Below, in pieces: positions 28,205 to 40,319 of a stretch of 64,000 bases of DNA. Origin of the DNA: Octopus vulgaris (lineage: Eukaryota); assembly GCA_951406725.2 (NCBI GenBank), contig OX597824.1, positions 56,358,001 to 56,422,000 of the forward strand, read 5' to 3'. Numbering within the stretch: the stretch's first letter is position 1; each line of letters opens with the position of its first letter. The translations under genes and the position numbers were made by a program. The notes under the pieces are model-generated. The model did not search any database. It saw nothing but the letters and a program-made list of their open reading frames with translations, and was not told the DNA's origin.

Positions 28205-28518
28205 CTTATTCTGCTCTAGGCACAAGGCCCTAAATTTTGGGAGAGGGGGGGCAGTCAATTAGATCAACCCTAGTACGCAACTGGTACTTAATTTATCGAC
28301 CCCGAAAGAATAAAAGGTAAAGTCGACCTCGGCGTAATCTGAACTCAGAACGTATATATTTCTTTACTACCCACAAGGGGCTAAATACAGAGGGGGCAAA
28401 CAAGGACAGACAAATGGATTAAGTTGATTACATCGACCCCAGTGCGAAACTGGTGCTTAATTTATCGACCCTGAAAGGATGAAAGGCAAAGTCGACCTCG
28501 GGGTAATTTGAACTCAGT
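28205..28518 (-). mobile_element. Two adjacent truncated family B SINE copies
   Basis: ctggtacttaatttatcgaccccgaaag...aaagtcgacctcggc core repeated; matches 20733-20961. Confidence 0.8.
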
Positions 28519-28874
28519 ACTCTCTCTTTACTGTTCAGTAGGCGTTGTCTAAGTGATATATGTGGCACTTAAAGACTGTCCAGACTATCTTTATGCCTCT
28601 GTCACATTTTTTCCATTTAATATCGATCTCGCTACTGTCACCCTTTATACGAAATTTACTAGTAATTATTAATGATTGATACTAGTCAATGCTCGTAGTT
28701 GTTGCTACACACACTTACAATGCTAAAGCATTGTGGGATATATACAGACAGTTCTCAAATCCACATTTTCCAAAATCTGCTTAACCAATCGTTTCCGACG
28801 CTAATCACTCCAGCTTTACTCGCGGCAACATTTACAATATGCTCGTTAAGGTTTTTTTCTTTTTCTATTATAAC

Positions 28875-29025
28875 ATATTATAACCTACCCTTAGTGGTTA
28901 GCCATATTGAGATAGCTATTATACTTTACGTTGTCGAGCAGTTACTGTTTACATCTCATTCAGAGATTTATTATTGCTTGCAAACAGTTTTTCGAAATCA
29001 GTGACGGAAGTTACTAGAAAAATCC
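28875..29025. repeat. Diverged fragment of the 47950-48771 repeat family
   Basis: ttacgttgtcgagcagttactgtttacatctcattcagagatttatt matches 48719-48766; another relative lies at ~63675-63765. Confidence 0.65.
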
Positions 29026-29268
29026 ATAAGTATTTGCAAACAGGTCTTCCTTTTCATCGCAAACCGGTGTTTTGACTCGTCTAGGGACCCCTCTTTCATC
29101 TGCGTATTGAGAAGTTAGCTGCCTATTTTGTTGAGTGAGTTCGTTTTTTGTTCGTCGTTGTTTATGTTTGCTCGTGAATTGAACAGTTGCCCGGGGCTGA
29201 AAATTCTGTTATTACCTTCGGGGTAATTTTTTTTTTTTATTGAAAGATTGGTTCTCATAATTTGGGAA

Positions 29269-30702
29269 ATGGAGTTCGACTTGGCGTCGAGGAGCGACTT
29301 TCCTGTGATGGGAAAAGGCGAACAGAAGGATATTGAGGTTAAAAAACAGTCTTTTTCGGCCGCAGTGGGCGGAACCATAACGAAAGTAGAATTTAAAATA
29401 GAACAGTTGTTCGAATACCGGAACTTGGTTAAAAAGGAAGGCAACGAAATAACACTGGGACCGCAGCAAGCGATATTACAGGAAATAAAGGCCAAGACAG
29501 TGGTGTACAAGGCTTACAGTAACAAAGAGAAAAAAATAATGGACGTGAAGAACGAAATAGTAGAGAAGTGCTTGTCCCCGGTGTGGAGCAAAATTCGCTA
29601 CGTCGGTCGAGGTGCCCGCAGCGCTACCGTTGAAGCACATTTCGACTCAGCTGATGTGGCAAGAGAGATTTCATCGATGACCTTAAAAAGTGAGGACATC
29701 ATGTTACTACCTACCTATATGGGAAAAAGAACTGCGAAACTATATGTGGAAGACATTCAAAGAGGATATGATATAATGTAGGTAGCAGTGGCGGTTCTGC
29801 ACGACATAGAGCAGAAAGTCTCAATTCTGCAGATGAAAAGGAAAGAGGAGGTAAACTGGAAGGGACAAGTGCTCAAACTCCTCGTTCAAGCAGAAAATAA
29901 TGTGCTAGAAAACTTACCCGATAGGGTATTTATTGAGGAGGGAATTACAATGAGTGTCAGTAGAGGGGCGCAGACCTAGGTGTTTCAAATGTGGTGAAAA
30001 GGGTCACGTCCGCTCGAACTGCATAAAAAAAGAAAAATAGCGAAGCCCCTCCTCAAAGTGCTTCAAACACAGAAAAAGAAAAGGCGGAAAAAGACCCCAA
30101 GACTGCGACAAGGAAGGGAATCGAAACGGAAGATAAAAATGAACAAATGGAATTTACACAGGTGACACACAAAAGAAAAAAAGAAAATACCCTGGACTCC
30201 CCTCCCCAAACAAAGAAAAAAATCAGCAAACACCGCAGAGATACATACAAAACAAATTCCCCAGCCCTACCCCCACGGCACTGTATTCATTGGAACACAG
30301 TTCGCCAAGCCCCTCCCCATAAAACAAGATTGGAAAAAATTGATTAAAAAAAATGAAAAGATTGTAGCATTCGACGAGAAAAACGATAGAGTGTTCAAGT
30401 ATTTTAAATTTTCAAAACTGAAATTATTCAGTAAGTCTGCAGACACTAAGTCGACCACTCATTTTGCAAAAATAAAGGAAGACGAGTGGAAGGAAAAAAC
30501 ACTCCAAGAACATTTTAAAAATAACCTTATCAGAGACGTAACTAACGAAATACTGGAGGGTAAACTTACTATAACCCCGGCAACCACACCTACCCAGAGC
30601 CCGATGGCAACGCCAGTTAAGAGCCCTGCAGCTACGACCACAAGGGAGGAAGAAGGGGAAGCATGCAGATTTAAACTGTCATGCTCCCTGTCCCAACCAT
30701 AA
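29269..30702 (+). pseudogene. LINE ORF1 (Gag-like, CCHC knuckle), disrupted
   Basis: MEFDLASRSDFP start; CFKCGEKGHVRSNC knuckle near 29981-30022; stops and frameshifts. Confidence 0.8.
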
Positions 30703-30730
30703 GTTTTTGTTTTTTTTTCTCTCTCCGACA

Positions 30731-33700
30731 ATGGCAAAGCTGGGTTGTGTGAATGTGCATGGAATGAGGTCGAAATGGAAACAAATTTGTCTCCTGAATG
30801 ACCTCACGACACACGGAGTGGACGTAGCTATTGTAACCGAGTCCAAGATGAACGGGGCCCAAGCGTTCTCGCCTCTTCTAAATGGTTTTGAGAAATTTAT
30901 TTCTCCTAGCCGAGGAGGAGGAAGGGGCGTGGCAGTCCTTCTCAGGAAGAGCTTGGACTTGCAGGTAAGTACTGTCTTTCTGGACCCAGAAGGCAGGCTG
31001 GTCGTTCTGGATGTGACCCACGTAAGTAAACAGTCCTTCAAGTTGGTAGCTGTCTACGCTCCGAATGAGTGTAGGCAGTCGGGTTTTTTTCGGAATCTGG
31101 AGCACTTTTTAGTGACATCGAAAATGGTAGTCTTAGTTGGGGACTTTAACACTGTCCTTGAAGCGCAGGTCGACAGTGTTGGCTCAACCAATAGGAAGGG
31201 GAACCCTAGCCTCAAGGGTCTACTAGAGAGCTTTAATCTAGTAGACCGTTATCGACTGGATGAGCCAAGCGTTCCACAGTGGACGTGGAGTAATATAGAC
31301 GTATATAGATAGGATATTCGTTAGGAAAAGAGATAAGGATACGTTTAGTTGTCCACAGTTTCACATTGTGCCTTACACGGATCACAAATTTGTGACTTGT
31401 AGGGTGCAATTAGATAAGTGTCATAGACAGGGACCCGGGTACTGGAAGCTGAACAAGTCTATTTTGAATTGTGAAGACTTCTGTACCGGGATTAAGGTGT
31501 TAGTACAGAGGGCATTATGTGGCACCATCATTAACAATAGATGGTGGCAGTCCCTCAAAAGAGCCATTCGTTCAGAGTCCATTAGATTTAGCAATCAGCT
31601 AAGGTTAGATAGGTCTAGGATAGAGGACGATTTAGTTAAGAATCTAAACGAGGCAATGGAATCTGGCTCTGCATCCGGAGTGATGGCGGCAAGGACGGTA
31701 TTGTACCGTCACCTTAACTCCAAACACGAAGGTTGCAGAGTTAGAGCTAAGCTATGCGCAGGGAAACGAGAAGGTATTAACGTTGCCGGAGGCAACAAAG
31801 CTTCAATCAAGTCTTTAACTGACGAACAGGGACACAAGATCTATGGACAGGAGGAGATGCAAAAGTTTCTTCACCAGCATTTTGCTCGCATGTTCGGGGG
31901 TGGTGGTTCGCTGGAGTGGGGGAGGGCCTTAAAGGACTTCCTAGCCGGCGGACCGCGGCTCTCGGGGCGTGAGGTGGAGTGCTGTGAAGTAGCGATCACT
32001 CCCACAGAGATAGAGGGGGTACTGGCTGGATGCGCCGGGGAGAAGTCGCCGGGGTTGGATGGTCTGCCCTACGAGTTTTATCAAAGTATGCCGGACTTGT
32101 TCGGGGGAATACTGGCAGGCGTCTACGCGAACTGGCAGCAGAACGGGAAAATTCCCAGTTCTGTAAGCCGGGGAGTGGTGACGCTAATCCAGAAAGACCC
32201 GAGCAAGGGGGATAACATTAGTACTTACAGGCCCATAACTCTACTTTTAGTAGAGTTAAAGATTTTGGCCAAGGTGTTGGCAAAAAGGTTGACGACTGTC
32301 GTGGAGAAACTTGTAGGGAAAGCACAGACATGTGCAATTCCAGGCAGGTCGATCCAGGACAATCTTCACCTTATACGCTACGACTTAGATAGGGTGGGTA
32401 AATTAACCGGCAAGGGCAGGGTAATGGTCCATTTAGACCAAAGTAAAGCGTTCGATAGGGTAGACCATAAGTACCTGGCGACGGTCCTCGAAGCGACTGG
32501 ACTGGGCCCTGAATTTTGCAGGTGGATCTCCACTATGTATAGCGGCATCAAGTCCACCGTCCAGATAAACGGTTACCTAACGGAACCGTTTTCGATCGAA
32601 TGTTCAGTCCGTCAAGGGTGCCCCTTGTCACCACTTTTGTACGTGTTGGCTCTCGAGCCATTGCTGCGAAAGTTGGAGAGGCGGGAGGACGGTTTCTGCT
32701 TATGCAGATGACGTCACCCTCATCGTGTCCAATGAGGCTCAGCTACCTTGTGTAGAAGATGCTATCAGAGGATACGAGGCGGTGGCAGGAGCAAAAGTTA
32801 ACAAGGACAAGTCGATTGGCTTACGCCTCGGCACCTGGAGGAGCAAGTCGATATCGTCCAGTGCCGTGGGACACTGGACAGATGGTCCTGTTAAGTTGCT
32901 AGGAGTTTGGCTTGGGCCAGACTCCCAAACGGAGAGGAATTGGAGTGAGGTGACGGGCAAGGTGGAGGCCATAGTACGGAAGGTTTCTGTCCTTGAAAGG
33001 AAGGGCGGGGTGGTACAGATGTTTATTGCATCTGTAATCACTTACCGCCCGACCGTTGTCCCTTGCCCCGATTCATGGCTTAGCAAGTTGGAGCGAATCC
33101 TTTTCCGCTTTTTGTGGAAGGGAGGAAAGCCACTTGTGAGGCGCTCCGTTTGCTGCCAGGAACCGTTAAAGGGTGGGTTAGGAATGCCTTGGTTGATGAT
33201 GCGCAGACATGCGTTGAGGCTGAAGCATCTCTGGCACCACCTGGAGGGTGATAAGGTGTGGAGTCCGCTGGCAGGGGAATTTTTCCCGAGACCGGCTTCC
33301 TTAGTGAATTTTAAACCCGGTTGCATCAAAAGATGGAATCTGACTCTATGGCAAAAGGAGTGCCGACAGGCACTCACGCTGATCCACAAGGCGGGCAAGG
33401 CCGGCTGCGGAAATACCACCTTGGTATTTTATAGCAGGCTGGTAGAGGCAAAGAACGACGACGTCCTAGGAGGGGCTCTGGGGTTTGACGAGGACCAGCT
33501 TACCAACCTGTTTAAAAAGACTTTCAGGACGGGGTATTTGGATAATTTCCAAAGATCCCTGGCCTGGCAGTGTTATAGGAATGCTTTACCTGTTCGCGAG
33601 AAGTTATCGCGGCACAGAATTTCAGTGCCACCGACATGTCCAAGATGCGGGTTGGACGATGAAACCGTCCAGCACGCTTTTGTACACTGTCGGCAGTTAT

Positions 33701-34029
33701 CAGACTTGATAAGTTACGTGTTATCGCATCTGGGACGAGTACAGCTGTCGGCTGAGTCTATGATTAAGATGATACCGCCAACTGGACTCTCAAAGGAAGG
33801 TGAGGCATGTTTTCACTGCACGGTTGCAGTAGTAAAAGAATGCATGTGGCGTTCAAGAATGGAAGGAGTCGCAATAAGATCCTTTGTCTCAGGCCCCGGC
33901 TTGCTCACTTACTTCAGATATCATCTAAAGAGCAAAATGGGGCTGGAAAAGAAGACCTTACCACGAGGTGTGTATGAAAAAAGATGGAAGGAAGTGGCGA
34001 AAAAGGTGGGTGTCAGAAACCCAGTTTAA
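30731..34029 (+). pseudogene. LINE ORF2 (APE endonuclease, RT, C-terminal zinc finger), frameshifted
   Basis: NVHG, VYAP, GDFN and TDH (APE); KSPGLDG, YRPITLL, LDQSKAFDRVDH, SVRQGCPLSP, YADD at 32701; CPRCG...H...HC. Confidence 0.95.
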
Positions 34030-34281
34030 CTATGGATGGAGAAGAGGAAAGGAAAGCTGCGGGGCCTTATAGGTTGCTGGGGTTTAAAATATATTGGTAA
34101 GATTTCAATCTAATGTAATGTTATATTAGTCAATGCAAAGGACAGTTTATATACAGTTTTTTTGTATAATGAATAATCCATATATTTTGGAAATTTTTAA
34201 ACGAACCACTTAACTGTTTTTGTATGTATGTCCTGTATTGTTCTTCTATGTACTGATTTTATAATCATAATAAAGAATTAA

Positions 34282-34788
34282 TCGTAAACTGGTGTTTTGA
34301 CTCGTCTAGGGACCCCTCTTTCACCTGCGTATTGAGAAGTTAGCTGCCTATTTTGTTGAGTGAGTTCGTTTTTTGTTCATCGTTGTTTGTGTTTGCTCGT
34401 GAATTGAACAGTTGTCCGTTGTGTGACAGTAATTTTCGCCCTACGGGAATGAAAATTCTGTGTATAAACATTGTTATTACCTTCGGGGTAATTTTTTTTT
34501 TTTTTTTTTTTGAAAAATTGGTTCTCATAATTTGAGAAATGGAGTTCAACTTGGCGTCAAGGAGCGACTTTCCCGTGATGGGAAAAGGCGAACAGAAGGA
34601 TATCGAGGTTAGAAAACAGTCTTTCGGCCGCAATGGGCGGAACCGTAACGAAAGTAGAATTTAAAATAGAACAGTTGTTCGAATACCGGAACTTGGTTAA
34701 AAAGGAAGGCAACGAAATAAAACTGGTACCGCCGCAAGCGATATTACAGGAAATAAAGGCCAAGACAGTGGTGTACAAGGTTTACAGT
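34282..34788 (+). mobile_element. Second, head-to-tail copy of the same LINE (5' UTR and ORF1 start only)
   Basis: Closely matches 29058-29520 and breaks off at gtttacagt. Confidence 0.9.
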
Positions 34789-34819
34789 GGGCGGAACCGT
34801 AACGGAAGTGGAATTCAAT

Positions 34820-37620
34820 CGGTGAAAATTTTCAAATAATTTTTGGGTAAAATTTTCTGTGAAAAATTTTGAAAAACCAAATAATGAATATGCTCCATAT
34901 GCTGAAGTCTATAAACGTCGACATCGTCATACTTGTTAAGTGTAAAGCAGAACCTGGTGTATCGTCGATGGTGAGGCATCTTGACAGTAGTAGTAAGCCA
35001 GAATTCACTCTATATATACAGAGAAAGCAGCCGCAGCAGCCACATGAAAGTCTATTTTTAGCAATAACATAAATCTAAGGTCATTTTTGGGTAAAATTTT
35101 CAGTGAACATTTTCGAAAAATTTTGGGGGAAAATTTTTAGTTAAAATTTTCGGGGAAAATTTTTGAAAAACCATATAATATGCTCCATAAACGTTGACAT
35201 CATTTTCAATGAAAATTTTCGAAAAATTTTTGGATAAAATTTTCAGTGAAAATGCCAAAATCACAAAGTATGGAAGGCCAGCGGTGCCAAAATCACAAAG
35301 TATGGAAGGCCAGTGGTGCCAAAATCACAAAGTGTGGAAGGCCAGCGGTGCCAAAATCACAAAGTATGGAAAGCCATTTTTGGATTAAATTTTCAGTGAA
35401 AATTTTCGGAAAATTTTTGGTGAAAATTTTCGACAAATTATTGGGTAAAATTCTCGGTGAAAATTTTCGAAAAATTTTGGGGAAAATTTTTGGTGAAAAT
35501 TTTAGAAAAACCATATAACGAATATGCTCCATATGCTGAAGTCTATAAAGGTCGACATCGTCATAGTTGTTAAAAGTAAAGCAGAATCTGGTGTATCGTG
35601 GATGGTGAGGCATCTTGACAGTAGTAGTAAACTTGAATTCACTTTATATATACACAGAAAGCAGCCACATAAAATCTATTTTTAGCAATAACATAAATCT
35701 ATTTTTGGGTAAAATTTTCGAAAAATATTTGGGGAAAATTTTTTGGTGAAAATTTTCGAAAAATTTTTGGCGTAAAACTTTCAGTGAAAATTTTAGAAAA
35801 ATTTTTGGGGAAAATTTTCGGCAAAAATTTTCAAATAATTTTTGGGTAAAATTTTCGGTTAAAATTTTAGAAAAACCATATAACGAATATGCTCCATATG
35901 CTGAAGTCTATAAACGTCTACATCGTCATAGTTGTTAAGTGTAAAGCAGAACCTGGTGTATCGTGGATGGTGAGGCATCTTGACAGTAGTAGTAAGCCAG
36001 AATTCATTCTATATATACACAGAAAGCAGCAGGCACATAAAAATTTATTTTTAGCAATAACATAAATCTATTTTTGGGTAAAATTTTCAGTGAACATTTT
36101 CGAAAAATGTTTGGGGAAAATATTCGGTGAAAATTTTTGAAAAATTTTTGGGTAAAATTTTCGGTGAAAATGCCAAAATCACAAAGTATGGAAGGCCAGC
36201 GGTGCCAAAATCACAAAGTATGGAAGGCCATTTTTGGGTAAAATTTTCAGTGAAAATTTTTGGAAAATTTTTGGTGAAAATTTTCGAAAAACCATATAAG
36301 GAAGTCTTATATGCTCCATATGCTGAAGTCTATAAACGTCTACATCGTCATAGTTGTTAAGTGTAAAGCAGAATCAGGTTTATCGTGGATGGTGAGGCAT
36401 CTTGACAGTAGTAGTAAACCAGAATTCACTCTATATATACACAGAAAGCAACCACATAAAAATCTATTTTTAGCAATAACATAAATCTATTTTTGGGTAA
36501 AATTTTCGGTGAACATTTTCGAAAAATATTCAAAAAATTTTTGGTAAAATTTTCGGTGAAAATGCCAAAATCACAAAGTATGGAAGGCCAGCAATGCCAA
36601 AATCACAAAGTATGGAAGGCCAGCGGTGCTAATATCACAAAGTATGGAAGGCAAGTGGTGCCAAAATCACAAAATGGAAGGCTAGCGGTGCCAAAATCAC
36701 AAAGTGGAAGGCCAGCGGTGCCAAAATCACAAAGTATGGAAAGCAATTTTTGGGTAAAATTTTCAGTGAAAATTTTCGACAAATTATTGGATAAAATTTC
36801 CGAAAAATTTTTGGATAAAATTTTCGGCTAAAATTTTAGAAAAAACCTTATGACGAATATGCTCCATATGCTGAAGTCTACAAATGTCGACATCGTCATA
36901 GATGTTAAGTGTAAAGCAGAACCTAGTGTATCGTGGATGGTGAGGGATCTTGACAGTAGTAGTAAACCAGAATTCATTCTATATATACACAGAAAGCAGC
37001 AGGCACATAAAAATCTATTTTTAGCAATAACATAAATCTATATTTGGGTAAAATTTTCGGTGAAAATGCCAAAATCACAAAGTATGGAAGGCCAGCGGTG
37101 CCAAAATCACAATGTATGGAAGGCCAGCGGTGCCAAAATCACAAAGTATGGAAGGCCAGCAGTGCCAAAATCACAAAGTATGGAAAGCCATTTTTGGGTA
37201 AAATTTTCAGTGAAAATTTTCGACTAATTATTAATAATTTTCGGTGAAAATTATCGAAAAACCATATAACGAATATGCTCCATATGCTGAAGTCTATAAA
37301 CGTCGACATCGTCATAGTTGTTAAGAGTAAAGCGGAACCTGGTGTATCGTGGATGTTGAGGCATCTTCACAGTGGTAGTAAGCCAGAATTCACTCTATAT
37401 ATACACAGAAAGCAGCAGGCACATAAAAATCTATTTATAGCAATAACATAAATCTATTTTTGGGTAAAATTTTTGGGAAAAATTTTCGAAAAAGTTTTGG
37501 TTAAAATTTTCGGTGAAAACTTTCAAAAAACCATATAACGAATACGCTCCATATGCTGAAGTCTATAAACGTTGACATCGTTTTCGGTGAAAATTTTCGA
37601 AAAATTTTTGGTGAAAATTT
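34820..37620 (-). repeat. Composite tandem array: ~200-bp units encoding a CRESS-type Rep N-terminus, interleaved with 32-bp repeats and gaaaattttc-type repeats
   Basis: Six full units (~34872, 35506, 35870, 36287, 36841, 37257) and two partial ones (~35167, 37526); minus-strand translation MPHHPRYTRFCFTLNNYDDVDVYRLQHMEHIRYMVF. Confidence 0.85.
35506..35613 (-). pseudogene. rep: Representative CRESS-DNA-virus/circovirus-like Rep N-terminal fragment (RCR motif I)
   Basis: RFCFT(L/F)NNY followed ~16 residues later by Y(M/L)VF, matching the circovirus-like Rep pattern up to just before motif II; tatatata lies ~30 bp upstream of the ATG. Confidence 0.7.
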
Positions 37621-39800
37621 GAAAATATTTCAAAATATTTGTGAAAATTTCAAAATATTGCAAATAAGCATAAAAAAGTGAACAAAACAAAATGTATCAA
37701 AATATAGCAAATAAAATGTATCTTGATACATTTTATTTGCTATATTAAGCAAGTATAGGAAAAAAGTGAAGAAAATTGCCCATTCCAATTTGTTGTAATT
37801 TAGTACTTATTTGCAATATTTTGACACATTTTGCATCTCTAGTGGATGAATGTAATCTTGTCAAAATTTTGCAAGAACAAAATTGCTATTTCATACTTCT
37901 TGTTTTTTAGTACCTATTTGCAATATTTTGACACATTTTGTATCCTAAAATACTTTGAGACTTTATATTTACTCAAGAGATCACTCAAGTCACAAAAGTT
38001 TTTAGAAAACAAAATGTATCAAAATATAGCAAATAACATGTATCAGAACATAGCAAATATAGCAAAAAAAGTGAACAAAATTGCCAATGCCAATTTGTTG
38101 ATTTTTAGTACTAATTTGCAATATTTTAACACATTTCGTATCTTTAAAACTTTTGAGACTCTTGTGACATCTTGGATGAATGTACTCTTATTATCAATCT
38201 GTTAACTTATATTTACTCAAGGGAGCACTCAAGTCACATACGTTTTGAGAAAACAAAATATATTGCAAATAAGCATAAAAAAGTGAAAATTGCTGTTTCA
38301 TACTTCTTGTTTTTTAGTACTTATTTGCAATATTTTGACACACTTTGTATTTTTTAAACTTTTTAAACTTTAGTTTTGAAACTTGGATAAATGTAATCTT
38401 ATTATCAATCTGTTAACATATTTACTCAAGAGATCACTCAAGTCAGAAAAGTTTTCAAAAAACAAAATGTATCAAAATATAGCAAATAAGCATGAAAAAG
38501 TGAACAAAATTGTTAATTCAAATTTGTTGCAATATTTTGACACATTTACATCTTAAAAATTTTTGTATACTGTTTTAATATATTGCAAATAAGCATAAAA
38601 AAGTGAACAAAATTGCCATTTCATACTTCTTATTTTCTAGTACCTATTTGCAATATTTTGACACATGTTGTATACTGAAATCTTTTAAGACATAAGTGAT
38701 CTCTTGGATGAATGTAATCTTATTATCAATCTGTTAACTTCTATTTACTCAAGAGATCACTCAAGTCAAAAAAGTTTTCAAAAAACAAAATGTATCAAAA
38801 TATAGCAAATTAGCATAAAAAAGTTAACAAAATTGTTAATTAAAATTTGTTGCAATATTTTGACACATTTTGCATCTTAAAAACTTTTGAGAGTTTAGTG
38901 ATCTCTTACTCAAGTCACAAAAGTTGTGAGAAAACAAAATGTGTCAAAAAGCATAAAGAAGTAAACAAAATTACTATTTCATACTTCTTGTTTTTTAGTA
39001 CTTATTTGCAATATTTAGACATTTTGTATTTTGAAAACTTTTGAAACTCTAGCGATCTCTTGGATAAATGTAATCTTATTATCAATCTGTTAACTTATAT
39101 TTACTCAAGCGATCACTCAAGTCACATACGTTTTGAGAAAACAAAATGTTTTAATATATTGCAAATAAGCATAAAAATGTAAACAAAATCGCTATTTCAT
39201 ACTTGTTTTTTAGTACCTATTTGCAATATTTTGACACATTTTGTATACTGAAATCTTTTAAGACTTTAGTGATCTCTTAGATTATTGTCAGAAAAGTTTT
39301 CAAAAAGCAAATAACCATTAAAAAGTGAACAAAATTGTTAATTTATATTTCTTGTTATTTAGTACTTATTTGCAATATTTTGACACATTTCATATCTTGA
39401 AAACATTTGAGACTCTAGTGAATGTAATCTTGTCAAAATTTTGCCAATAAACATAAAAAAGTAAACAAAATTTGCTATTTCTTGTTTTTTAGTACTTATT
39501 TTTCAAGATACAAGCGATCACTAAAGTTAACTCAAGGGATCACTCAAGTCATAAGTTTTGAGAAAACAAAATATTTTAATATATTGCAAATAAGCATAAA
39601 AAAGTGAACAAAATTGCTATTTCATACTTCTTGTTTTCTAGTACCTATTTGCAATATTTTGACACGTGTACTGAAATCTTTTAAGACATAAGTGATCTCT
39701 TATATGAATGTAATCTTATTATCAATCTGTTAACTCAAGAGATCACTCAAGTCAGAAAAGTTTTCAAAAATCAAAATGTATCAAAATATAGCAAATAAGT
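37620..39800. repeat. AT-rich complex satellite with internal inverted motifs
   Basis: Recurrent aaaatattgcaaataagcataaaaaagtgaacaaaattgc...gtacttatttgcaatattttgacaca and gatcactcaagtca modules. Confidence 0.85.
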
Positions 39801-40319
39801 TTGATTTGAATGTGTTGTCTATTTCGTTTGATTTGAGCGTTAATGCCGGGCCAGTATATACATTCCTTGGCTCGCTCTGTGCATTTTTCAATACCCATGT
39901 GTCCGGTATGTATTTCCTGTAGAGCTTCTCTACGTAATGACTTAGGTACAATGATTCTTGGACCTTTTAGAACGAGACCATTGACGATCGATATTTCATC
40001 ACGAACAGAGACGAATGGTTTGATGTTTATTGGTATTTTGTCTTTTGGGGGGCCATTCTGTTCTTGTATATGTGATGAGAGTCTGTAGTGACGGGTCGTC
40101 TGCAGTGGCTTTTTTGTACTCGTTTAATTTAGTGTCGGTTATGGGGTAATTTTTTATTACTGCATGTATGTGCGATTTCATATCTTCGTCTGATGCTTCT
40201 GGAGTATTTTGTTCAAGGTATGCACGTGATAGGGTATCTGCAACAACTGATTCTTTACCAGGTATGTGGTTTAGGTCAAAATCGTATCTTTGTAATGCTA
40301 GTAGAAATCTTTGGATTCT

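Larger units (their letters stand above)
29058..34280 (+). mobile_element. L1/Tx1-clade LINE, apparently full length, inactivated
   Basis: 5' UTR, ORF1, ORF2 and an AT-rich 3' UTR ending aataaagaatt. Confidence 0.92.

Noticed and set aside
34987-34996. tagtagtaa as a circovirus origin nonanucleotide (TAGTATTAC)
   Set aside because: Two mismatches and no flanking stem-loop visible; no canonical origin found in the array.
35293-35505. C-terminal part of ORF 35293..35613 as genuine Rep sequence
   Set aside because: After YMVF the frame reads through low-complexity repeats; no HUH motif II, motif III or helicase.
35254-37190. 32-bp repeats as a CRISPR array
   Set aside because: Repeats are directly adjacent with no unique spacers, there are no cas genes, and the context is eukaryotic.
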